Position numbers and translations under genes: made by a program
Shown: positions 32,374 through 41,437 of the stretch, one piece after another
How positions within the stretch are numbered: position 1 is the stretch's first letter
Layout of the letters: the number at the start of each line of letters is the position of its first letter
From: Saprolegnia diclina VS20
Lineage: Eukaryota
Reading direction: 5' to 3'
DNA length: 52,664 nucleotides
Assembly (NCBI RefSeq): GCF_000281045.1
Contig: NW_008246074.1
Location: 237,217-289,880, forward strand
Notes under the pieces: model-generated
Database searches by the model: none
Told to the model about the DNA's origin: nothing
What the model saw: only the letters and a program-made list of their open reading frames with translations

Positions 32374-34855
32374 ATGGCCAAGCAGCGGCGCCGGAAGCGA
32401 GGCCGGGCACCCGGGCCGAGCTTGATGCCGACAGAGAGCCCCGTCGATAACTGCGGACCCTGTACCGCTAGAAGCCCATCGGTCGAGGGTTCGACGACGA
32501 TCGGCGACAACTTTCTGAAGCGCTGTGCCCAAGGCGACCCGTGTCTCTTGCCGCTTGGCGCCGCCGCCGCCTCGCTCGAGGCGCTGCGCGACCGCGATGG
32601 CAACAACGGTCTCCTGCTTGCGGCCTTCCACGGGCACCTTTCTCTTCTCCAAGGTCTGCACGCCAGCGGCTTCAACTTGCACGTGATCAACGACGGCGGC
32701 GACAATGCGCTGCACCTTGCAGCGTTCCAAGGCCACCACGACGTCGTCGCCTGGCTGGAGCAGCATGGCGTCGAGATCTCGGTCGACGACGCTGTCGTGG
32801 AAGGCGACCTCGACGGCTGGGGCCGCGCTGCGACCTCCTCCATGTACTTGGACCTTGTCCGGGCGGGTGACGTCGCGAGCCTCGACGCGCTCGTCACCAA
32901 TGTCGGCGCCCACAGCTTTCCGTGGACCGCTCGCGACGATTGTCACATGAGCGCTGTCGGTATTGCAACCGAAGCCAACCAGATCGCCATGCTCTCGTAC
33001 TTGGTCACCACCGGCGGGCTCAACCTCGACGACGCTGTCAACAACCGCCGCGACACGTGCCTCCACATTGCAGCGATGCATGGTCATCTTCATCTCCTTC
33101 GCTTCGCCATACCACAGGCAAACATGGAAGCAGTGAACGCCCAGCGATGGACGCCCATGGACACGGCGTGCTTTTTCGGCCAGGTACAGTGTCCTGTTTG
33201 AACCAGTTCGACGCTTCTACGTCCTGTAGGCCTCAATCGTCGACTACTTCTTGGCGCACGCCGGCGTCGTTTTGTCGGTAGCGCACCTCGCCCTCGCGCT
33301 CGAAGGCGGCGCCGCGTCGCTGCTTATGCTGAACGATCTTCTGCAGAAGGCACCGCATCTGGTGCAGGCGCGGCATGGCCAATCGCAGGAGACGCTGCTG
33401 CACATTGCAGTGTCGCTGCGCCAGCGCGAGGCCTGTCAACTGTTGCTGCAAAAAGGCGCGGACGTCGGCGCTCTCGATGGCAGTGGCTGGACGCCGTGGC
33501 ACGTGGTCCTCCATACGCAGTGGGCGGCGGGCGTCGACCTCTTGCTATCGCCGAGCCGATCGACCATAGCGTCTTGGCTTCCATTTGCAATGCAGCACGC
33601 GTCGACGCCGATGCTGCTCGAGATGTACGACCGCCTTGGATCACCTCAAGCGCTCTACCAAGCGGCCGTCGACAGTCTGCGCAACGAAGTGGTCTTGGCC
33701 ATCGACGCTCGCCATGAAGCAAAGGCCAATGCGATGCTGTCGCAGCTCGTCGAGTGCGCGGTGACGCCTTCGACGCGCTCGACCGCGTCACTACCAAGTG
33801 CAGTATCGACGCCGCTCGTCAGCCAATCGACGGACCAATGGGCGACCGAGACGACTGCAGACGACGATGACAGTACCATGACACTAGCACCAGACGCCTC
33901 GCCGCTGCAGGTGCACGAGATGCTGGCCATTGGTCTGGCGCGAGGTCACCACGACGAGTGGGGCGATGTCCTCGTTCAGATGCTCTCGCCGCGCGAAGCG
34001 GCGGCCGTCCGACGCTTCCACCAGCAACTGCTGCGCCTCCGCGGCCGCTCGACATCGCTTCTCCGGTATCTCGGGTGTGTCGACGGCGCAACGAACGACG
34101 CCGACACGGCCCTGCTCTTCGAGGCGCCCGAGAGATCCACGCAACCAGCGATGGACGGTCGGTCGTTTCTTGGGGTTGTCGACGCGGTCGGCTTCTTGCA
34201 CGGGCATGGCCAAGCCCACGGCGCCATCACACCTGATTGCATCATTCTCGAGGCTGAGGCTTCCTCCAAGCTGTACGTTGCGCCGGTTAGTGCGCTTCCG
34301 GCGGCTGTGTGCCCGCCGCCCGAGCTCCACGAGCACGCCGACATTGATGTCTTTGCGGCTGACATCTTTAGCCTTGGCCAGGCACTCGCTGCGCTGGCAC
34401 CGACACCGCTGAGCACCGAGTGTGTCGACCTCTTCGATGCCATGACCGCGCTCGACCCAAGCGCTCGCCCCCGAATCAACGAGGTCCGGGCCCACCCATG
34501 GTTTTGGTCGATCGACGCCAAGCTCGCTTATATGGAACGGGTCGCAAACCAAGTGCCGTTGAGTGCGTTTCCGCCAGGTGTCTACCGATGGCAGGCGCGG
34601 GTGCCACCGGCGGCGGCCAGTACCCTTGGGAGCCACCGAGTGTACAGCGAATCGCTGCCCGACCTTGTCCGCTGGGTGCGCAACATGAAGCAACACAGCC
34701 GTGAGCACGCACCCGCTGTCTGGACCGCGCTCAGTCAAGGCCGCGTGTATGAATTGGCGACGCACCACGGCCAGATGCACTGCCTCGGCAACTTTGTCAC
34801 CCGGGCCTTTCCAGATCTGGTGTGTCGACTCTGCCGCACGCTGGGCGAGATCTAG
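32374..34855 (+). CDS. RNase L-like protein: ankyrin repeats + pseudokinase + KEN ribonuclease domain
   Basis: Exons 32374-33183 and 33230-34855 (811 aa). Ankyrin motifs (NGLLLAA, NALHLAA, TCLHIAA, TPMDTAC, TLLHIAV, TPWHVV); kinase-like LLRYLG, FLHGHGQAHGAITPDCI, PPE, ADIFSLG, DPSARP; then HPWFWS...W...HRVYSESLPDLVRWVRNMKQH...FPDL (IRE1/RNase L KEN). Confidence 0.8.
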
Positions 34856-34869
34856 TAAAACTCGTGACC

Positions 34870-35632
34870 TTATTTACGCTGTGCCTTGTGTTTTTGAGCG
34901 TATGCTTGGACCTCGTCCGTGCACCACCACGTCCAGAACTCGCCAAACGAGATTTTCTGGTTGGCCGACGTGTCGAGCTAGTTGGACGGTGATCAGCAGT
35001 CATAGATGGACACTATTGTCCTAGGGACACTTATAGTGTCGTACCTGGGCAAATGCTTCCTTGACTTCGTCCGGCGACAGCGCGGGGAACGTTCCGAGCT
35101 CGACCGAAAGCGCCGCAAACTCGGCCGTGTCGATTTCGCCCGAGTGGTCCCGATCAAACGTGGCAAAGGCCTTGAGCAGCGCGTCGCGTTCGTGGTTCTC
35201 CGTCTACACGTCGTCGCGGGTTCGATTCCCGTTGTCGACAAAGGGGTACCGTGCGCTCGACGAGCTGCTGCGCATAAGCGTTGACATCGCGCTCGTGGCG
35301 TAGCTTTTCGAGTTTCTTGAGGAGCTCGCTGGCCGCGGACGCATCTCCCAGAGCTTCGAAACACTGGCACGACGTTGTCCACGCCTCCTCGGCGCGGGTA
35401 AAGTCCTACACCACGTGCACACACAGCCAACATCGGCCAAGGTACCGCGGCGTGGAAATAGATGGCGCCCCGCTCGTGTAGCGCGTTGCCATGCCCTCGT
35501 TTGCATTCGTCTGGCCGCACCACCCGAATGTCCTAGTCCATGCCGCTCAGACTCCTTTTTTAGAGAATATACACAAAATGCTACGTCGTAGACGCCGTCG
35601 GCGGTCGTGAGAAGCACGTCAACTTCGGCCAT
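34870..35632 (-). CDS. Small TPR-like + two-EF-hand calcium-binding protein, spliced
   Basis: Spliced frame: ...ALHERGAIYFHAA|DFTRAEEAW...|..LLKAFATFDRDHSGEIDTAEF...EVKEAFAQ|LDTSANQKISFGEFWTWW. Stop at 34870. Confidence 0.75.
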
Positions 35633-36498
35633 GGCAGCCACCCGCTTGGCAGCTAGGAGACAAGTCGGATGACACTTGGGATTCACACGGATGCTTACGG
35701 TCGGCGGCAAAGGCAGAGAGAAGTCGCTTCACGGATGCCAGGGCCACGATGCAGCCTACCTATTATGACTCAATGGCGCCATCATTGCAGAGCGTACTGG
35801 CTTCGTGCAGCCGGGCATCGTCAATCGCTACATCGCGGTAGTGGGGGCTGATCCGTGCGAGCTTTTGAAGCTGCTACAACCACGTGTTCGATGCAGCGAA
35901 GCCAGCAGACGGTTAAAAATGGCGCGCACCTGGCTCTTCTCAATCGCAGTGTGCAGCGACCGACTCGCCTCTTCGAGCTGCTGGCGCTCCAAGGTGCTGC
36001 TCATGACGTCCCTTCAAGCTCGCTCGATATCGGCACCGTTACAAACACATAGAAAAGCCGCATCTAACGCGATGGTGAGTGCAAAGTTGTTGAGCGTGTA
36101 GAGACTAGATACTAAAATGACTTGTGTAGCCTTATAGTTCTCTCTTTTATTCCAACGAGCAACACCCTCGCAAGCGTGAAGTCGCCAGCGCGTCGATACT
36201 CTAGCGAGGTTCCGTGACGCCAACCAATCAGCATCTACCAGTACACTACGGGATGGCTTGGACGCTGGGTATCAACAGTGTCAACTTGGAAGCCCGAGCT
36301 GTGAGACCGACAATAACTACATACGTCGACCATTTTTAGTGTTTCGTGGATTTTTCACGGAGGGTTAGGTTGGGGTTAGGGTACAATAGCCATTATTCCC
36401 TAACGTTTTTGGACGATCCAGAGCACGCCGCATTGGTTTACTACGGCGCTTCTATCGCAAACACGTGGTTACGTTTCATGTAGCGCGCCATCTTTTAT

Positions 36499-39400
36499 TT
36501 ATTGCAGCGTTCCCAGACGTTCGGCCCGCGCCTGGTTTGCCCACACGTGTGCTTGGGCCGTCGAGATCCGCGGCGGGATCCCAACAAAGGCCCAAATGAT
36601 GTCGACAACGGGCTCGGGCAACGGTAGTTGTGGCAACGCTTCGTACGGCGGCGGCACAAACTCGGTCGACAAGAGCCTCTTGCGCGCCTCTTTTTGCACG
36701 AGGTACACGCGAAGGAGCCGTAGGGCACCGCTGGACGCAGACTTTTCGAGCTCAAACGGCGAGAGACAGTAGTCGACACAGGTCGGGATCGTCACGAGTC
36801 GCCCGACGTGCAGCGTCACAAAACCTGTTTCTTGGTACCCAAACCAGTGGCGCTCGTGCCACGGGACCTAAATGTGGCAAATCAACGCTCGTTCGAGCCT
36901 GCGAGCAGGTTTCATACCTCTGTGGTCGGGTTCGACGGGTCGGGCACCCACGCCCGCTGCGTAAACGATTGCCGAAATCGAAGCTTTGGAAGCGCTTTGA
37001 CGTGGTCGGCGGCGTAGACCACAAGGCCGGTCGCGACGATACCGTCGCTAGTGCACCCCGAGCCGTTGGCTTGCCATGAGAGACCATGATGCGTCGGCGA
37101 TGTCGACGACACGACGAGCGCTTGCGCTTGCACGACCACCTGCAGCGTCGACGCCGTCTCGAGTTGGGCACTTTGCAGCGTGAAAAAGTCACGTGGCAGC
37201 GTCGGTGGCAAAACCGGTGTCGGCGCCGACACTGGAATGCGAATCTGCGGAATGTGGTCCGTGTCGTTGGCTGTCATCGAGAGCTGCCAGAGCGGCCGCA
37301 GCTCTTGAATCAGCTGGTGGAGCGCTGCAAGAAGGCGCGTGTGCCGACTCGGAATGTTGTTGAAGTACGCGCGGTGCGTGACACGGCCAGCGTCGACATC
37401 GATCGTGGTCGGGAGCCACTGGAAGCGTGACGACGTTCCATTCGCAATGTACTTTGGGACGCAAAGGCGGCCACAATGCGGCTCGCGATCAAAGCGCGTC
37501 AGTCCGTGCACAATGCAGTGCAAGTTCGGGTCGATGATCTCACGGATACCATTTCCCGCGCTTCTTGGCTCGAGCGGCTCCAAAAACCGAGCCAGCGTTG
37601 GTGCGAGGGACGTCGTGGTGTGGTACACGCCAAATGCCGTATTGGGCACGTGCCCAGCAACGAGGCAGGCAGCGCGGCGCAGCTCAACTTCGAAGCGAAG
37701 GAGGCGCTGGCCGTCGATCGAGACGCGTCGTTGGGCGGCTCGAATGTCGGCGGTAGCCAGACGCCGAGGCCACGACGGCGCGTCCAAGAGGAAGCAGAGC
37801 GCGTGCATGTAAGCAAGCTCTGACGCAGCGTAGGCAACCGTCTTGGGCGACCCCAGCACCGTGTTGGCCGTCGGTTGCCAGAAGAAGACCGACGTCGGTA
37901 CAAGATGCGTCGCATGGAGGATCGACTCGGCGAGGTACGCGATGATATCCTGTCGATGACGCGCAGGACTCGCCAGTGCCAGCGCCAAGAGCGACTGCCC
38001 GTTCTAGTACAAACATCGGATAAGATTTGGAAGCTGCCGTTCGTGGGCTACGTGGCGGTAGCGGGCAGCGTCTTTTGTGATGGGAGCCAAGATGCGAACA
38101 CTCTCGAGCGCGCCCGAGACAATAGCACAGTGCAGAGCGCTTCGTCCTCGCTAGTAGTACACGCCAATATGAAACTTTGCACTGACCCGGCGCACGATCA
38201 CCGTGTCGAGGAGGTTGGGGTTGCAGCCCGCAGCCACGAGCGACGTCACCATGCGAGCATCGTCGACCGCTATGTGGAGATAGTCCCACTACGAACGATG
38301 CCAAGTCGGTCCTATCGGATAGCTATCACCTTGCTAACGTCCGTGAGCGGCGCGAGCACTGCGACAGCATCCGGCATGTCGTGGCGGATCGCCGTCATGA
38401 GCGGGTCCCCCGACGCCTGCATCCGAGCTTGAGCTGCGCCAATGACATCACATTACGTACGAGATGACGACATAGCGTCGCGCGATCGCCATGGCCTGCT
38501 TTGCTTGTGAATGCATCGCGCTCCTCCTAGCCCAGACAATTATGTCCATGGATACGAAACTAAGAGAAAACGTACGGCCCAGTCGATGGTGGCTGCAATG
38601 TACATGGCGCCGTCGAGCCGTCGATACGACAAGAACTCGCAGAGAACCGCGAGGCTCGATGTGAGACCGGCGTCGATATAGAGTTGGGCGATCGGACCGC
38701 CATGGGGGCTAAAGGACACAGTCGTCGCGAGACCCTAGTCCCCATCACGTAGACTTAATTACCCAGGAAGACACATTGTACAACATTACCGCCGCAACGG
38801 TGTCGGGATTCGGGTGCTGCGCCAGGAGCAAGCGGAGGAGGTCGAAATTCGGTGTCTCACTGAGTGCAATAGCACAGAGGGGCGTGCACTTGGCCTACAT
38901 ACTGTCCTGTTGGCAACAAATCATCGACAGCAGTGTCCAAACCCAGCTGATGATGTCGACGCGCACGCCGACAGCGAGCAGTGCTGATGCAATTTCCATG
39001 TGCCCATGGTGGGCTGCCAACCACAGCGGCGACCGCCGGCTCTACGTAGCAATGCAAAAATGAAAGAGGCGGGTAGAAGTAGTACGTACGCCATCCAGCG
39101 CCCGCGGGTTCACGTCGTGGCGAAGCAGTGCATCGACGCAGTAGAGATGGCCGTGCGTGACGGCGAGTCCCAAAGGCGTATGCCCACTCTAATAAGAATT
39201 GTCGAAGCATAAGAGACCAACATCGCCACTGGCAATACGGCTACGAACCTTATTCCGTCGGCTCGTGTCGGCGATGCGTGGCACGAGGAAGTCGACGACT
39301 TGGACGTGGCCGGCGGCAGCAGCCAGGTGGAGCGCGCCGCTCCCGTCCTATGCAACACGGGTAGAGGCGACGTATCGGAGGATGCTTGTCGTACGTCGTC

Positions 39401-39556
39401 CATGGCTGCATCGACATCGACGTCGTCCAGTAGCATAGCTACGGTGGCTAAGGAGCCGTCGGCGGCGCCAGCAAGAAAGGCGTTGGCTGTCTGCTCGAGG
39501 TTGGAGGAAAACCCAAGGGCTGGCATCGCTGTTACCGCGTCGTCGTCGTTGTGCAT
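36499..39556 (-). CDS. Ankyrin-repeat + DUF4246-like (2OG-Fe(II) oxygenase-fold) fusion protein, many short exons
   Basis: Ankyrin exons (DGSGALHLAA, SGHTPLGLAV, RRSPLWLAA, RGRSALHCAI) splice into IIDPNLHCIVHG, FQWLPT, YFNNI, LQVVVQ, IVATGL, LRFRQ, GRLVTIP, SPFEL, STEFVPP, which resemble DUF4246. Confidence 0.65.
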
Positions 39557-40210
39557 TGGTTGTTGCTGCTGAATTGTTGTCGGCACTCGCACTTCGACTG
39601 CATCGGCACGTTCTTCGACTCAACGTCGCGCCTCCCACTCTCCAGTGGGTAAAAACATATGCCTATTTCAAGCTTTTCTTGGAGCCATCTTAGTGTCTTG
39701 AGTGTGAGCTCTACGATGAGACGGTGCCAAGGGCCTCAAGGCGAGAGGCCCGTCGCTACGAAAAGGCCACGTACGCGCTCCAAAGCTCTAACGATAGCGC
39801 TGATCTCGACGGTAAAACCTGCACAGGCTGGTACACTGTACCGGTACGCACCACGGCACGACCGGAATGGCATCTACACTGCCGCTACCACAACACTGCG
39901 AAGTCGTCTAGTCTGGCGTGAATCTGGTACAGCGGCCGTGACCAGATACTGGCATCGCGCCGCGTCGATGCGCGCTGGATTCGGCGCTCGCCGGACGCAA
40001 CGCATCTCGACACCAAGATCGCCTGGCGCCAACGCCATCTCGCGTCGGATTGGCTACCGCGTAGCCAATGAGACCGTTGGGTTTCAATGGAAGAGAAAAA
40101 AACAGTGGGTCCTCGTATACAAACAGCAAGGTAAGCATGTGTATTTTATTGGTTCTAAACTCGGCCTTTGGGAGTTGCCAGGCCACCCAGACAAGCCAAG
40201 AGGACGAGGG

Positions 40211-41176
40211 ATGGCAGCGAAGGAGTTCAGCCTCGTCGCGCCGGAGCGAGCGCTCGACGTCGAGGAAGAGTGGAGCCAGGAGCGGTTGCCGCTGCATGTC
40301 AAGTCCGCCATGCGACGCCGAAGCGAAGGCTCATGCTGCGTGCTAGGAACGTCGTCGGGACCATTGACGTCCAAGTCCCGCTCGACCTTACGACGATTGC
40401 GCTCAATGCGCGCAACACCGAGTACAATCCGCGGGTATGTCCTGGCCAACGCAATGGCGCTCAGCGCCTGCATGTAGAGGTTCGCCGCAGTCATCATGCG
40501 GTTACGAGACCCAAAGACAACCGCGCTCATCTTTGCGTCCGGCAAAGTACTCATGCATGCCTGTCGACCTCGTCCGTTCGACGCTGAGCATGTATGTTGT
40601 AGATTGTCATCACGGGCGCCAACACAGAGAAGAACTGCCGCATTGCCGCGCGCAAGTACTGCAAAGTGCTACAGGTCCATCTCCATCTGCCAGGCATGGG
40701 ACGTCGACCTTTGCATTAGAAACTCAACTTTCCAGCGAAATTTGAAATGTTCAAGATCTGCAACATGATGGGCACGAGCGACGTGCGCTTCCCGATCCGC
40801 CTCGAGGGCTTGCTCAGCGACCACTCGCGCTTCTGCACCGTACGACCCTTTGAGCTCCGACGGCGCGTCTCATAAGTAGCTCGCGCGATCTAGTACGAAC
40901 CCGAGCTCTTCCCCGGCCTCATCTTCAAGCTCGTCGAGCCCAAGCTGACGTTTTTAATATTCGTGTCGGGCAAGCTCGTCATCTGCGGCGCCAAGGTACG
41001 GACGACGCATGGAAGGACGCAGTCCCAAGGCGAGCATGTAGGAGACGAACGACATGCGATTAGCACTGGAGAAGATGCATCCACTGCTACTCGAGTACCG
41101 GAAAATGGCGCCGGCGCCGTCGCTAGAGAGCCTCGATTTCGAGGAAGACGCCGATATCGACCAGCACAAAATATAA
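40211..41176 (+). CDS. TBP: TATA-binding protein family member (TBP or divergent TBP paralog), multi-exon
   Basis: [53 protein letters not shown]...FPIRLEGL...|[34 protein letters not shown]. Confidence 0.9.
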
Positions 41177-41192
41177 TGACGTGTGCAGTCCG

Positions 41193-41226
41193 TGTCCAAT
41201 ATTGTCCAATATTGTCCAATATTGTC
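41193..41226 (+). repeat. 10-bp tandem repeat (TGTCCAATAT)x3.4
   Basis: Read directly; each unit contains CCAAT. Confidence 0.9.
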
Positions 41227-41437
41227 TTGTGACGTCCATACTCTAGAACTGCAGACAGAGCCAAGTCCAAGCCGAATGAAAAAGGAAATTTGTGCTAGCA
41301 ACGGTTTCGTAATTCGTGCCACATAAAATAAACAATTAATGTCGACTTGTTCTTTGTATGCAAGTAGTCGCAAATGAATTTAATGACGTCAACGTAACGC
41401 CTGCTCGACGGGCGAGAACTCGATCGTTATCACGACC

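Noticed and set aside
32374..34855. Canonical IRE1 call
   Set aside because: No signal peptide, luminal domain or TM helix; ankyrin N-terminus and dead kinase motifs.
35170..35245. Complete tRNA gene
   Set aside because: Only a T-arm-like hairpin; the upstream part is coding exon and will not fold into a cloverleaf.
35700..36100. Minus-strand coiled-coil-like fragment (LERQQLEEASRSLHTAIEK)
   Set aside because: In-frame stops and no recognisable family; not enough support even for a pseudogene call.
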